From positions 1-51,106 of the forward strand of contig JBBIUY010000020.1 of assembly GCA_037440005.1 (NCBI GenBank): DNA of 51,106 bases. The letters run 5' to 3'. Shown in pieces: positions 36,264-47,255 of the stretch; the first letter of the stretch is position 1, and each line of letters opens with the position of its first letter. Both the position numbers and the translations under genes were made by a program. Origin of the DNA: Armatimonadota bacterium (GTDB taxonomy: Bacteria; Sysuimicrobiota; Sysuimicrobiia; Sysuimicrobiales; Kaftiobacteriaceae). Below the pieces are notes generated by a model. That model made no database searches, was not told the DNA's origin, and saw nothing but the letters and a program-made list of their open reading frames with translations.

Positions 36264-37490
36264 GTGGTCATTGACGAGCGCTGGTACCGCCGTCCGCGCG
36301 GCGCCGCCCTGCGCCTGCAGGCCGGCGGCGTGGTCGCGCGCCCGGCCGGGGACACGGTGGAGGTGGCGGTCATCCGGGAAGGCCCCCAGGATTTGTGGTC
36401 GCTGCCCAAGGGCGCGGTGGAGCCGGGGGAGTCGGTCCTGCAGGCCGCGATCCGGGAGGTGACCGAGGAGACCGGCATCGGCGGCCTGGTCTGCGCGGGG
36501 CTGCTGGACGTCCGGGAGCGGCTGGACGTCAGCCGGACCTGGTGGAACCGCACCTACTACGTCCTGTACGTGGCCCCGCCGACGCGGGCCGGGGAGGCGG
36601 GGGCCGCCCCGTCCGGCGTGCGGTGGGTCCCCGTCGACGCCCTGCCACAGATGTTCTGGCCCGAACAGAAGGACCTGCTGGTGTCCCGCCGCGACGAGAT
36701 CGTCCGTCGGGTGGCACTCCTCACCGGCCGGGGGCAGCTGGTCCGCGACCAGTTCACCCGGCAGGCCGCCGCCTACGCCCGCAGCGACAGCCACCGCGCC
36801 GACGTGGACCTGGACCTGCTGGTGGACCACCTGCGGCCCGGTCCGGCCGACTGGGTGCTGGACGTGGCCACCGGCACCGGGTTCACGGCCCTGGCGCTGG
36901 GCGCCCGGGCGGGGCGCGTGGTGGGGGTGGACCTGACCGCCGCGATGCTCGCCCAGGCCCGGCGGCTGGTCCGGCGGCCGGTGGACTGGATCGCCGCCGA
37001 CGCCCACGCGCTGCCGTTTGCCGACGGAGCGTTCACGGTGGTGGCGTGCCGGCGGGCCCCCCACCACTTCACAGACCTGGCGCGGGCGCTGGACGAGATG
37101 GTGCGGGTCCTGGCGCCCGGCGGCCGCCTGGGCATCGCCGACCAGTGCCCTCCCGACGACCGGGAGGGGGAGGACCTGATGGAGACCCTGGAGGTGCTGC
37201 GGGACCCCAGCCACGTCCGGGCGCTGCCGGCCCGCCGGTGGGCGGTGATGCTGGAAGAGCGGGGGCTGCGCCTTCACTGCGTCCGGGTGGTGACCCGCCG
37301 GCTGACCCTCTCCCGGTGGCTGTCCCTCGCGGGCTCCGACCACGCCCGCCGGTCCGCCGTGGCCGACACCCTGGCGCGGGCCCCGCGGTCCGCTCTCTCC
37401 CAGATCGGCTACCGCCGGTGGCCCCGGCCGTCGTTCCTCAAGCGGTGGGTGGTCCTGGTGGGCACCAAGGCCTCTCCGTCCCGCGCGTAG
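36264..37490 (+). CDS. Nudix hydrolase - class I SAM methyltransferase fusion
   Basis: Nudix box GAVEPGESVLQAAIREVTEETG, then VLDVATGTG, VDLT, LPFADGAF and APHHF in one frame. Confidence 0.8.
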   Translation: MVIDERWYRRPRGAALRLQAGGVVARPAGDTVEVAVIREGPQDLWSLPKGAVEPGESVLQAAIREVTEETGIGGLVCAGLLDVRERLDVSRTWWNRTYYVLYVAPPTRAGEAGAAPSGVRWVPVDALPQMFWPEQKDLLVSRRDEIVRRVALLTGRGQLVRDQFTRQAAAYARSDSHRADVDLDLLVDHLRPGPADWVLDVATGTGFTALALGARAGRVVGVDLTAAMLAQARRLVRRPVDWIAADAHALPFADGAFTVVACRRAPHHFTDLARALDEMVRVLAPGGRLGIADQCPPDDREGEDLMETLEVLRDPSHVRALPARRWAVMLEERGLRLHCVRVVTRRLTLSRWLSLAGSDHARRSAVADTLARAPRSALSQIGYRRWPRPSFLKRWVVLVGTKASPSRA

Positions 37491-37679
37491 GCCGCGTCGC
37501 CTCCCGGGGGCCTGTCCCCGGTGGGGACAGACCCCGAGCCACAAGCCCGCCGGGCGACCACCGGGATGCGGAAAGGTTACAATGAGAACACAGAGAATGG
37601 ACCTGTACCGGTCGACAGCCCGGGGAGCGGGCCTTCCGGCCGCCCGCAGCCGCTCACCCGGCAGGTGGGGAGAGATGCC

Positions 37680-38621
37680 GTGAAGTCCACGCTGACGGCC
37701 GTCCGCCCGGTCAGTGCGGTCCTGGCCCAGGGCCGCCGGTGGGCGGGCCGGGAGCAGGTCCTGGGGCCCCTGCTGGTGGCCCCGGCCTTCCTCTATGTGG
37801 CCCTGCTGGTGGGGTTTCCCTTCCTGTTCGCCCTGTACCTGAGCCTGACCGACGCCACCACCGGCAACCCCTACGGCGCGTTCGTGGGAGTGAAGAACTT
37901 CGTGGAGGTGATCCAGGACCCCACCTTCCGCCGCGCCCTGCGGAACACCTTCGTGTTCACCCTCTCCTCCCAGGCCGCCGTGGTGGTGCTGGCCAAGGTC
38001 CTGGCCATGGCGCTGCACGGGGTCCGCCGGGGCCGGGGGGTCCTGCTGTTCCTGCTGCTGCTGCCGTGGGTGGCGCCGGTCTCCCTGGCCACCATCGGCT
38101 GGCTGTGGATTCTGCACGCCCGGTTCAGCGTCATCGACTGGGTGCTGTGGCAGGTGGGGCTGCTGCCCCGCACCACCAACATGTTCTGGCTGGGCCGGCC
38201 CGACCTGGCCATGATCTCGGTGATCGTGGTGCACGTGTGGCGGATGCTGCCCTTCGCCACGGTGGTGCTGCTGGCCGGGCTGGCGTCGCTGCCCCAGGAC
38301 GTGCTGGACCAAGCCGTGGTGGACGGGGCGGGGTTCTGGCGGAGGCTGTTCTCGATCCAGATCCCCCTGCTGCTGCCCGTCATCAGTGTGGCGGTGCTGT
38401 TCGGCACCGTCTTCACCTTCACCGACATGGCCGTGGTCTACGTCCTCACCCGGGGCGGGCCCTTCGACACCACCCAGGTCCTGTCCAGCCTGGCGTTCTT
38501 CAAAGGCATCGTGGGCGGCAACCTGAGCGTGGGGGCCGCCATCTCCCTCTTCCTGTTCCCGGTGCTGTTCGCCACCGTGGTCCTGATGCTGCAGGTCGCC
38601 CGGCGGGCGGAGGTGGCGTGA
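37680..38621 (+). CDS. carbohydrate ABC transporter permease 1
   Basis: FVGVKNF, EAA-loop variant DQAVVDGA and LTRGGP. TACAAT at 37578 is a candidate -10. Confidence 0.9.
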   Translation: MKSTLTAVRPVSAVLAQGRRWAGREQVLGPLLVAPAFLYVALLVGFPFLFALYLSLTDATTGNPYGAFVGVKNFVEVIQDPTFRRALRNTFVFTLSSQAAVVVLAKVLAMALHGVRRGRGVLLFLLLLPWVAPVSLATIGWLWILHARFSVIDWVLWQVGLLPRTTNMFWLGRPDLAMISVIVVHVWRMLPFATVVLLAGLASLPQDVLDQAVVDGAGFWRRLFSIQIPLLLPVISVAVLFGTVFTFTDMAVVYVLTRGGPFDTTQVLSSLAFFKGIVGGNLSVGAAISLFLFPVLFATVVLMLQVARRAEVA

Positions 38622-39469
38622 TGGGGCGGCGGGCGATGCGGGTGCTGGGCCCGGTCGGGCGGGGAGGGGTCCTGGGCGTGTTCACCGCCTTCGCCGCCTT
38701 CCCGTTCGCGTGGATGCTGATCACGGCCTTCAAGCGCAACTCGGACCTGTACAACCCGACCCACAACCCCTTCTGGTTCAACGAGCGGCCCACCCTGGAG
38801 CACCTGCAGTACGTCTTCACCAAGACCATGTACGCCCACTGGATCGCCAACACCGCCCTGGTGGGGGCGGCGGTGGTGGTCATCACCCTGCTGCTGGCGC
38901 TGCCGGCGGGCTACAGCCTGTCCCGGTTCCTGGGCGCGTGGGGGGGACGGCTGGGGATGGCCATCTTCCTCGTGTACCTGGTGCCGCCCACCCTGCTGTT
39001 CATCCCGCTGGCCCGGGTGGTCAGCGAGCTGGGCCTGGCCAACACCGTGTGGGCGCTGGTGGCGGTGTACCCCACCATCACGGTGCCGTTTGCCACCTGG
39101 CTGCTGATGGGCTTTTTCAAGTCCATCCCCCGGGAGCTGGAGGAGCAGGCCCTGGTGGACGGGTACGGCCGTCTGGGAGCGTTCCTGCGGGTGAGCCTCC
39201 CCCTGGCGGTGCCGGGGATCATCACCGTGGTGGTGTTCAGCTTCACCCTCTCGGCCCAGGAGTTCGTGTACGCGCTGACCTTTGTCACCAGCACCGCCCA
39301 CAAGACGGTCAGCGTCGGCGTGCCGGCGGACATGGTGCGGGGCGACATCTTCGACTGGGGGCCGCTGATGGCGTCGGCATTCCTGGCCAGCGTCCCCGTG
39401 GCGGCCCTGTACTACGTGGTCCTGGACAAGTTCGTCTCCGGCTTCACCAGCGCCGGAGCGATCCGCTGA
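38621..39469 (+). CDS. carbohydrate ABC transporter permease 2
   Basis: FFKSIPRELEEQALVDG, DWGPLMA and six transmembrane segments. Confidence 0.9.
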   Translation: MGRRAMRVLGPVGRGGVLGVFTAFAAFPFAWMLITAFKRNSDLYNPTHNPFWFNERPTLEHLQYVFTKTMYAHWIANTALVGAAVVVITLLLALPAGYSLSRFLGAWGGRLGMAIFLVYLVPPTLLFIPLARVVSELGLANTVWALVAVYPTITVPFATWLLMGFFKSIPRELEEQALVDGYGRLGAFLRVSLPLAVPGIITVVVFSFTLSAQEFVYALTFVTSTAHKTVSVGVPADMVRGDIFDWGPLMASAFLASVPVAALYYVVLDKFVSGFTSAGAIR

Positions 39470-39482
39470 GGAGGTGGGAGAG

Positions 39483-41042
39483 ATGCGGGAGGAGCGCGAC
39501 GACGGCCGGTGGGTGCGGCTGGCCGACGGCCAGTGGCGGCGCCTCACCCGCCGCGAGTTCCTCAAGCTGGCCGGGGTGGGGGTGGCCGCGGCCAGCGTCG
39601 GTCCGTTCATCTTCACCTCGCGGTCGGCGGCCCAGCAGCCGACCCTGAGGATCCTCCAGTGGCGCCACTTCGTGCCGCCCTACGACGAGTGGTTCGACAA
39701 GGTCTTCGCCCCCCGGTGGGGAGAGAAGAACGGGGTGCGGGTGGTGGTGGAGCACGTGGGCCTGGCCGAGATCCCCGCCATCGCCGCCGGGGAGGCCGCC
39801 CGGGTGGCGGGGGGCGCCGATCCCGGCCATGACCTGATCCAGCACCTCACCCCGCCGGCGGCGCTGGAGCGGCAGGTGGACACCGCCGCCCACCAGGAGG
39901 TCATCGAGGAGCTCAAGGCCAAGGTGGGGCCCTACATCCCCCTGGCCGAGAAGAGCACCTTCAATCCGGTCACCCGGCGGTACTTCGGGGTCTCCGACAA
40001 CTTCGTCCCGGACCCCGTCCACTACCGCGCCGACCTGTGGCGGCAGGTGGCGGCCCGCCTGACGGGCGACCAGCGGGTTCCCCTGCGGGGCCCGGTCACC
40101 TGGGACGACATCCGCAAGGCCGGACGGGAGCTGAAGCGGATGGGCCACCCGGTGGGGCTGGGGCTGTCCCAGGAGATCGACACCGGCATGTTCCTGCGGG
40201 CCCTGATGTACTCCTGGGGCACCGGGGAGCAGGACGAGGGCAGCAACGTGGTCCTGGACCTGCCGCCGTTCCGCCAGCGCACCCTGGACGCCCTGCGCTT
40301 CGTCAAGGCCCTGTACGAGGAGACCATGTTCCCCGCCGTCTTCGCGTGGACGGCGGCGTCCAACAACGAGGAGTTCCTGGCCGGGCGGATTTCGGTGGCC
40401 ATGAACGCCATCTCCATCACCCGCACCGCCCAGAGCCTGGCGGCCCAGGCGATCCAGCGGGGCGAGAACCCCAACCAGTCGCCGGCGGTGCAGTTCGCCC
40501 GCAACACCTGGATCACCGAGCGGGCTCCCCAGGGACCGGCGGGGGCGCGGGGGCTGGAGCACGTCATGGGCGTGTACACCCTGTGGCGGGACCGGCCGCG
40601 CCCGGTGCGGGAGGCCGCCAAGAAGTTCCTCATCGACCTGGTGCTCAGCTACGACCCGGACGTGGCCGCCCGGGAGGGGTGGGCGCCGGGGAAGTTCCAC
40701 GCCAGCCAGGCTTACGACTACCCCACCTTCCAGAACGCCATCTCCAAGGAGAAGCGCCTGGCGTACCTGCGGGACGACCCGGTGAGCAAGGCGGCCGGCG
40801 ACCGCAAGGACAAGCTGGTCACCATCGAGACCGCCTACGAGTGGGCTCACAACGTGGGCTGGCCCGGGCCCAGCAGCGCGGCCATCGACGAGGTGTTCAA
40901 CACCTGGATCATCAACACCATGTTCGCGCGGGTAGCCCAGGGGCTGGACACGCCCGAGCAGGCCCTGGAGGCCGCGGCGGCCCAGATCCGCCGGGTCTTC
41001 GCCAAGTGGCGGGAGCAGGGCCTGGTGGGCGGACGCCGGTAG
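39483..41042 (+). CDS. Tat-exported ABC solute-binding protein
   Basis: TRREFLK twin-arginine signal, HFVPPYDEW and YRADL; in an operon with two permeases. Confidence 0.85.
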   Translation: MREERDDGRWVRLADGQWRRLTRREFLKLAGVGVAAASVGPFIFTSRSAAQQPTLRILQWRHFVPPYDEWFDKVFAPRWGEKNGVRVVVEHVGLAEIPAIAAGEAARVAGGADPGHDLIQHLTPPAALERQVDTAAHQEVIEELKAKVGPYIPLAEKSTFNPVTRRYFGVSDNFVPDPVHYRADLWRQVAARLTGDQRVPLRGPVTWDDIRKAGRELKRMGHPVGLGLSQEIDTGMFLRALMYSWGTGEQDEGSNVVLDLPPFRQRTLDALRFVKALYEETMFPAVFAWTAASNNEEFLAGRISVAMNAISITRTAQSLAAQAIQRGENPNQSPAVQFARNTWITERAPQGPAGARGLEHVMGVYTLWRDRPRPVREAAKKFLIDLVLSYDPDVAAREGWAPGKFHASQAYDYPTFQNAISKEKRLAYLRDDPVSKAAGDRKDKLVTIETAYEWAHNVGWPGPSSAAIDEVFNTWIINTMFARVAQGLDTPEQALEAAAAQIRRVFAKWREQGLVGGRR

Positions 41043-41101
41043 CCGGTGCCCGCGGGGCGGGAGCGCCGTGCGCCTCCCGCCCCGCCCGGGAGGGAGCGGC
41101 T

Positions 41102-42577
41102 GTGGGCTCGGTGGCGGTGCAGGAGGTGCTGAACTGGGCGGGAGGGCGGTGGGTGCGCCCGCAGGGCGCCGACGCCCTGGACGTCTACAACCCGGCCACC
41201 GGCGAGGTGATCGCCCGGGTGCCCCTGTCCACCGCCCAGGACGTGGACCGGGCGGTGCAGGCGGCGGCCCAGGCCTTCCCCGCCTGGCGGCGCACGCCTC
41301 CGGTGGAGCGGGTGCAGTACCTGTTCCGCCTCAAACGCCTGCTGGAGGACCACCTGGACGAGCTGGCCCGCACCATCACCCTGGAGTGCGGGAAGACCCT
41401 GGACGAGTCCCGGGGCGAGCTGCGCCGGGGGATCGAGAACGTGGAGGTGGCCTGCGGCATCCCCACCCTGATGCAGGGATACACCAGCGAGGACGTGGCC
41501 CGGGGCATCGACGAGTCCGTGGTGCGCCAGCCGGTGGGGGTGGTGGCGGCCATCACCCCCTTCAACTTCCCGGGGATGATTCCCCTGTGGTTTCTGCCCT
41601 ACGCCATCGCCTGCGGCAACACGTTCGTCCTCAAGCCCTCGGAGAAGGTCCCCCTCACCGCCCAGAAGATCATGCAGCTGGTCGAGCAGGCCGGGCTGCC
41701 GCCCGGCGTGGTGAACCTGGTGAACGGCGCCCAGCGGACGGCCGAGGCCCTGGTGGACCACCCCCTGGTCCGGGCCGTCAGTTTCGTGGGCTCCACCCCG
41801 GCGGCCCGGGCCGTGTACGCCCGGGCCGCAGCGGCCGGCAAGCGGGCCCAGTGCCAGGGCGGAGCCAAGAACCCGGTCATCGTCATGCCCGACGCCGACC
41901 TGGAGGCGGTGGCGCGGGCGGTGGCCGACGCCGCCTACGGGTGCGCCGGGCAGCGGTGCCTGGCCACGTCCCTGGTCCTGCCCGTGGGCCCCGCCCGGGA
42001 GCCGGTGCGGGACGCCCTGGCCGAGCTGGCGGCCACCCGGCGGGTGGGCAGCGGCTTCGACCCCCAGGTGGAGATGGGTCCGGTGATCCGCGCCGAGAGC
42101 AAGGCCCGGATCGAGGAGCTCATCGGCCGCGGGGCCGCCGAGGGCGCCCGGGTGGTGGTGGACGGCCGCGGGGCGCGGGTGCCGGGTTACGAGGGCGGAT
42201 TCTTCGTGCGCCCCACGCTGCTGGACGAGGTGCCTCCCGACGGCGTCATCGCCCGCACCGAGATCTTCGGTCCGGTCCTGGGCCTGGTGCCGGTGCGGGA
42301 CATCGGGGAGGCCATCGCCCTGATCAACCGCCACTCCTACGGCAACATGGCGTGCCTGTTCACCCGCAGTGGCGGGGCGGCGCGCCGGTTCCGGTACGAG
42401 GCCCAGGTGGGCAACATCGGCATCAACGTGGGCGTGGCGGCGCCCATGGCGTTCTATCCCTTCGGGGGGATGAAGGATAGCTTCTTCGGCGACCTGCACG
42501 GCCAGGGCCGCGACGCCGTGGAGTTCTACACCGAGAAGAAGGTGGTGGTGGAGCGGTGGCCCGATGGAGGCGCCTAG
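41102..42577 (+). CDS. mmsA: CoA-acylating (methyl)malonate-semialdehyde dehydrogenase
   Basis: [34 protein letters not shown] and SFFGDLH. Confidence 0.9.
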   Translation: MGSVAVQEVLNWAGGRWVRPQGADALDVYNPATGEVIARVPLSTAQDVDRAVQAAAQAFPAWRRTPPVERVQYLFRLKRLLEDHLDELARTITLECGKTLDESRGELRRGIENVEVACGIPTLMQGYTSEDVARGIDESVVRQPVGVVAAITPFNFPGMIPLWFLPYAIACGNTFVLKPSEKVPLTAQKIMQLVEQAGLPPGVVNLVNGAQRTAEALVDHPLVRAVSFVGSTPAARAVYARAAAAGKRAQCQGGAKNPVIVMPDADLEAVARAVADAAYGCAGQRCLATSLVLPVGPAREPVRDALAELAATRRVGSGFDPQVEMGPVIRAESKARIEELIGRGAAEGARVVVDGRGARVPGYEGGFFVRPTLLDEVPPDGVIARTEIFGPVLGLVPVRDIGEAIALINRHSYGNMACLFTRSGGAARRFRYEAQVGNIGINVGVAAPMAFYPFGGMKDSFFGDLHGQGRDAVEFYTEKKVVVERWPDGGA

Positions 42578-42619
42578 CCGTCCGCCCGTCGGGGGCGATC
42601 GGCGGGGAGCCCCTTCGCT

Positions 42620-43471
42620 TTAGGCCGGTCCGCCGCCCAGCAGGACGTCGATGAAGGCGGCGCGGGCCGCCACCGCCGGCGGGGGCGTGTTGCTGTACGC
42701 CGTCCAGGCGCGGCGGGCGCGCTCCCGCAGCACCGAATCCACGGCCAGGACGGGAGAGGGCTCGGTCCAGGGCCCCACGTCCACCTCCAGGGCCAGCCGG
42801 TCGCAGAAGTCCAGGCACGCGTCCAGGTAGGCGGCCACCTCCCCGGAGTCCAGCGGGCCCGCGGCGAACGGCAGGCGGGTCTGGTCCTCGTAGGCGGCCG
42901 CCAGCATCCGGGTCAGGGCGGTCAGTCCCGCCAGCGCGCGCACGTCGGCCCAGCGGGCCTGGATGTTGGCCGGCGCCTGGTCGGCGGACCAGGCCGCCAG
43001 GTCCGCCACCCACGTCTCCACCGTCGCCAGGCACCGCACCGCCGCCTGGCCCAGCTCGGCGCCCGACGCGCGTCCCAGCACCGCCACCGCCGCCTCTTTG
43101 GCCTGGCGGGCCTGCACCGGGGTGGCGATGCGGGGCAGGACCACGTGCCGGGCGAACAGGCCCTCCACCACCAGCTCCACGGACCGGCGGTTCCGGTAGC
43201 GGTCCGGATGCGATGCCACGCAGGCCACCATCCGCCGGCGGGCGCCGGCGGCTGTGGTCCGGGCGGCCTCCAGGAGGATGCGCAGGGGGACGTAGACCAG
43301 CGCCGTCCACACCAGCAGCCAGAAAAACCACCGCTGCAGCCCGTCGCCCCGGGCCGCCAGGACCGTCAGGGTCGCCGCATACCCTAGCGCGCACCCCGCC
43401 GCCAGCCCCCGGGCGGCGGTGCGGTGTCCCTCGGGCTCGGCCAGGCGCGCGTACAGCAGGCGCAGGTCCAC
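42620..43471 (-). CDS. hypothetical membrane-anchored protein
   Basis: GGAGG RBS before GTG, two N-terminal hydrophobic segments and a helical soluble domain; no recognised motif. Confidence 0.7.
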   Translation of the reverse strand: MDLRLLYARLAEPEGHRTAARGLAAGCALGYAATLTVLAARGDGLQRWFFWLLVWTALVYVPLRILLEAARTTAAGARRRMVACVASHPDRYRNRRSVELVVEGLFARHVVLPRIATPVQARQAKEAAVAVLGRASGAELGQAAVRCLATVETWVADLAAWSADQAPANIQARWADVRALAGLTALTRMLAAAYEDQTRLPFAAGPLDSGEVAAYLDACLDFCDRLALEVDVGPWTEPSPVLAVDSVLRERARRAWTAYSNTPPPAVAARAAFIDVLLGGGPA

Positions 43472-43608
43472 GGGTCCTCCACACAGGTTAGCCCCGCCCG
43501 GGCGGTTCTCCTGGCGGGGCCCGTGAACCGGACGTGACACATCCGGCGCATCCTGGCGGCCGGACCGCACCGGAGGACGGTCGGAGGGACGGCCGGGGAG
43601 GCGGCGCC

Positions 43609-44172
43609 ATGGGCGCGCGGGCGGTGACCGCGGTCGCGGCGGTCGTGCTGGGCCTGCTGCCGGTGGGGACGTTCGTGCTGGACCCCGCCGCCAGCGCGGT
43701 GACGTTCGTCGTGCGGGACAACCGGGGAGGCTTCCGGGGCGAGGCCCGACGGGTGGAGGCCACGGTCCGGGTGGAAGAGACCGCCGACGGCTTTGCCGCC
43801 GCGGTGGAGGCCCGCATCGACGCCCGGTCCCTGACCACGGGCCTGGGGCTGCGGGACGCCCAGATGCACCGCGACTTCCTGCAGTCCGACCGCTACCCCG
43901 CCATCACCTTCCGGGGCACGGCCGTCCCCGCGGGTCCGGTCACGGGGCTGTCGTTCCGCGTCCTGGTGCGCGGCCGCCTGACGATCCGGGACGTGTCCCG
44001 GGAGGTGGAGTTCCCGGCGCAGGTGGTGGCCCTGCGGGACGCGTACCTGGCCGAGGGCACGGTCACCGTGCGCATGACCGACTACGGCATCCCCATCCCG
44101 CGGTTTCTCATCTTCGTCGCCGAGGATCCCGTCGAGGTGACCCTGCGGCTGCGCCTGCGGGCCGCGCCCTGA
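43609..44172 (+). CDS. YceI family lipid/polyisoprenoid-binding protein
   Basis: LDPAASAVTF, SLTTGLGLRDAQM, YPAITF, GRLTIRDVSR and DYGI. Confidence 0.88.
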   Translation: MGARAVTAVAAVVLGLLPVGTFVLDPAASAVTFVVRDNRGGFRGEARRVEATVRVEETADGFAAAVEARIDARSLTTGLGLRDAQMHRDFLQSDRYPAITFRGTAVPAGPVTGLSFRVLVRGRLTIRDVSREVEFPAQVVALRDAYLAEGTVTVRMTDYGIPIPRFLIFVAEDPVEVTLRLRLRAAP

Positions 44173-44301
44173 TCGGCGGGCGAGGGGCGGCAGGCGCACG
44201 GTCGCCGCCGTCGAAGCCTTCCATTCGTTCCCCTGGTTCGTCCGGCCGGCGGCGCGCCCGCCGGCCGGAGTGCCCACACCCGGGGCCGGGAGGTGACGCC
44301 G

Positions 44302-45663
44302 GTGAGCGCTGTGGACTACGCCCGCGAGCACCGCAGGCGGTTTGAGGAGGACCTGGCGGACCTGCTGCGCATCCCCAGCGTCAGCGCCGTCCCCGCGCAC
44401 CGGGAGGACGTGCGGCGCGCCGCCGACTGGCTGGCGGACCACCTGCGGCAGATCGGCCTGCGGTCCGAGGTGATCCCGGTGGAGGGCGGGCACCCGCTGG
44501 TGTACGCCGAGTGGCTGCAGGCCCCGGGGCGGCCGACGGTGCTGTGCTACGGGCACTACGACGTCCAGCCCGCCGACCCGGTGGAGGAGTGGACGTCGCC
44601 GCCCTTCGAGCCCACCCGGCGGGGGGACGACCTGGTGGCCCGGGGTGCGTCCGACGACAAGGGCCAGGTGTTGGCGGTCATCAAGGCGGTGGAGGCGCTG
44701 CTGCGGGGCGAGGGGGCCCTGCCGGTGAACGTGCGCTTTTTGATCGAGGGCGAAGAAGAGATCGGCAGCCCCGCCGTCACCCGCTGGGTGCCGCGCCACG
44801 CCCGCCGGCTGGCCTGCGACATGGTGTGGGTGTCCGACGGGCAGCTGTTCGCGCCGGGGCTGCCCACCATCGTCACCGGGCTGCGGGGGCTGGTGTACAC
44901 CGAGGTGGAGGTCCGAGGCGCCGCCGTCGATCTGCACTCGGGCATCCACGGGGGCGCCGTCCCCAACCCACTGGTGGCCCTGGCCGCCATCCTGGCGGGC
45001 CTGCATGACCGGGCCGGCCGCGTGGCGGTGCCGCGCTTTTACGCGGCGGTGCGGGAGCCGTCGGCCGAGGAGAAGGCCTCCTGGGAGCGCCTGCCCTTTC
45101 GGGAGGAGGAGTACCTGCGGTCGCTGGGTCTGACCGTGTCGGTGGGGGAGCAGGGCTACAGCGTGCTGGAGCGCCGGTGGGCGCGGCCGACCCTGGACGT
45201 GCACGGCATCGCCGGAGGGTGGACCGGCGCCGGGCCCAAGACCGTGATCCCGTCCCGGGCCACGGCCAAGGTCAGCATGCGGCTGGTGCCCGACCAGCGG
45301 GCGCGGTCCGTGTTCCGGGCCTTCGAGCGCCGGGTCCGGCGGCTGACCCCGCCCGGGGTGACGGTGACGGTGCGCCAGCTGGCCGGCAGCGACCCCGTCC
45401 TGGTGGACCCCGCCGCCGCCCCGGTGCAGGCGGCGGCGCGGGTGGCGCGGCAGGTGTGGGGCGCCGAGCCGGTGTTCATCCGGGAGGGAGGCAGCGTGCC
45501 CATCGTCACCGAGTTCCACCGGGCCCTGAAGGTGCCCACGGTCCTGTTCGGCTTCGGCCTGCCCGACGACAACCTGCACGCGCCCAACGAGAAGTTCCAC
45601 CTGCCCAACTTCCACCGGGGCGTGGAGACGGTGATCCGGTGGATGCAGGAGGTGGCCGGCTGA
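44302..45663 (+). CDS. M20 family dipeptidase/deacylase
   Basis: YGHYDVQP, RGASDDKG, EGEEEIGS, DLHSG, GGSVP and HAPNE. Confidence 0.93.
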   Translation: MSAVDYAREHRRRFEEDLADLLRIPSVSAVPAHREDVRRAADWLADHLRQIGLRSEVIPVEGGHPLVYAEWLQAPGRPTVLCYGHYDVQPADPVEEWTSPPFEPTRRGDDLVARGASDDKGQVLAVIKAVEALLRGEGALPVNVRFLIEGEEEIGSPAVTRWVPRHARRLACDMVWVSDGQLFAPGLPTIVTGLRGLVYTEVEVRGAAVDLHSGIHGGAVPNPLVALAAILAGLHDRAGRVAVPRFYAAVREPSAEEKASWERLPFREEEYLRSLGLTVSVGEQGYSVLERRWARPTLDVHGIAGGWTGAGPKTVIPSRATAKVSMRLVPDQRARSVFRAFERRVRRLTPPGVTVTVRQLAGSDPVLVDPAAAPVQAAARVARQVWGAEPVFIREGGSVPIVTEFHRALKVPTVLFGFGLPDDNLHAPNEKFHLPNFHRGVETVIRWMQEVAG

Positions 45664-45686
45664 CGGCCCCCGCCCCGCGGACCGCC

Positions 45687-46661
45687 ATGGGCGAGGTCTC
45701 CATCGCCGACACCCGGGTCGAGGTCGTCCAGCTGGTCCTGCCCGGGCACGCCAACACCCGGGGGACGCTCTACGGCGGCCGGATGATGGACTGGATCACC
45801 ACCGCCGCCACCATGGCCGCCATGCGCCTCAGCCGCGGCCCGGCGGTGCTGGGCGCCATGGACGACCTGGACTTCGTGGCGCCGGTGCACGTGGGCGACG
45901 TGGTGACGCTGCAGGCGCGGGTGGAGCACGTGGGCACCGCGTCCCTGGAGGTGGGCGTGGACGTGTACGCCGAGGATCCCCGGACCGCCGCCCGCCGGTT
46001 CACCACCGCGGCCCACCTGGCCCTGGTGGCGGTGGACGACGACGGCCGCCCGCGCCCCGTGGGCGTGCGGATCGTCCCCCGGGATGCCGCCGAAGGCGAG
46101 GTCGCCGCCGCGGCGGCGGCCCGCAAGCGCGAGCGGGACGCGCGCCTGGCCGACCGCCGGGCGCAGGCCGCCCGGGTGGAGGAGGACACGGCGGGGCTGC
46201 GCTGCGCCCTGGAGGTCAGCCGCATCGTGTTCCCCGACGACGCCGTGCTGGGCACCCTGATGTTCGCTGGCCGGCTGATGGCCCACATGGACGAGGTGGC
46301 CTCGATCCTGGCCCTGCGGTACTGCCGCGGCCCCGTGGTCACCGCCTCCATCGACGCCCTGGCGTTTTACGCTCCCATCCGGGTGGGCGAGATCGTCACC
46401 TACAAGGCCGCCCTCAACCACGTCGGGCGCACCTCCATGGAGGTGGGGGTGAAGGTGGTGGCCGAGCACCCTCTGACGGGGGAGCGCCGGCACACCTGCA
46501 CCGCCTTCCTCACCATGGTCCACCTGGGGCCGCAGGGCCCGGAGCCGGTGCCGGCGTACACGCCCTCCTCCGAGGAGGAAAGGCGCCGGTGGCACGATGC
46601 GGAGGCCCGCCGGGCCCGCCGCCTGCAGCGCCGGGCGCGGCTGCGCCCGGGGGCGCCATGA
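45687..46661 (+). CDS. double-hotdog acyl-CoA thioesterase
   Basis: Two YciA-like repeats (HANTRGTLYGG...SLEVGV; GTLMFAG...TSMEVGV). Confidence 0.88.
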   Translation: MGEVSIADTRVEVVQLVLPGHANTRGTLYGGRMMDWITTAATMAAMRLSRGPAVLGAMDDLDFVAPVHVGDVVTLQARVEHVGTASLEVGVDVYAEDPRTAARRFTTAAHLALVAVDDDGRPRPVGVRIVPRDAAEGEVAAAAAARKRERDARLADRRAQAARVEEDTAGLRCALEVSRIVFPDDAVLGTLMFAGRLMAHMDEVASILALRYCRGPVVTASIDALAFYAPIRVGEIVTYKAALNHVGRTSMEVGVKVVAEHPLTGERRHTCTAFLTMVHLGPQGPEPVPAYTPSSEEERRRWHDAEARRARRLQRRARLRPGAP

Positions 46662-47110
46662 GGGACCTGCTGGTGGTGGCGGCGCTGACCCTGGTGCCGT
46701 GGATCGAGCTGCGGGGGGCGATCCCGGCGGGCGTGGCCCTGGGAGAGCCTGCCCTGACCGTCTGGGCGGTGGCCGTGGCGGTCAACGGGGCGCTGGCGCT
46801 TCCCGCGTGGTGGGTCCTGGACGCAGGGTACGAGCGGTGGCTGTCCCGGTGGGCGCCGGTCCGCCGCCAGGTGGAGCGGGTGCGCCGGTCCGGGGAGCGC
46901 TACGTCCGCCGCTACGGCCTGGTGGGGCTGGCCCTGTTCGTGGCGGTGCCCCTGCCGGGCACCGGCGCCTACGCGGGGGCGGCGCTGGCGTGGCTGCTGG
47001 GCCTGCCGCGCGGACCCGCCCTGGCCGCCATCGCCTGCGGCGTGGCGGTGGCGGGCGCGGTGGTGACGCTGGCGGCCACGGGCGCGGCGGCCGTCTGGCG
47101 ACTGCCGTAA
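46658..47110 (+). CDS. small multidrug export-like membrane protein (COG2426)
   Basis: PWIELRGAIP and LFVAVPLPGTGAY signatures. Confidence 0.85.
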   Translation: MRDLLVVAALTLVPWIELRGAIPAGVALGEPALTVWAVAVAVNGALALPAWWVLDAGYERWLSRWAPVRRQVERVRRSGERYVRRYGLVGLALFVAVPLPGTGAYAGAALAWLLGLPRGPALAAIACGVAVAGAVVTLAATGAAAVWRLP

Positions 47111-47175
47111 GCGAAGCGGGTCCGGCGCGGCGGGGCGGGCAGGGATCGGCCCGGTGCCTGCGAAGGGGTGGAAAA

Positions 47176-47204
47176 TTGACAGCGCCCCGGGCGGGCGATA
47201 CCAT
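47176..47204 (+). promoter_or_regulatory. sigma70-type promoter of speD
   Basis: TTGACA, 17-bp spacer and TACCAT. Confidence 0.75.
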
Positions 47205-47255
47205 CACCCTCGCGCCGGGCGCGCCGGCGCGAGAGGCGGAGGAGGGGAGGTGGAG

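Noticed and set aside
37603..37618. CTGT-N8-ACAG as an SOS box
   Set aside because: That consensus is proteobacterial, and the site precedes a sugar transporter rather than a repair gene. Kept only as a generic operator candidate.
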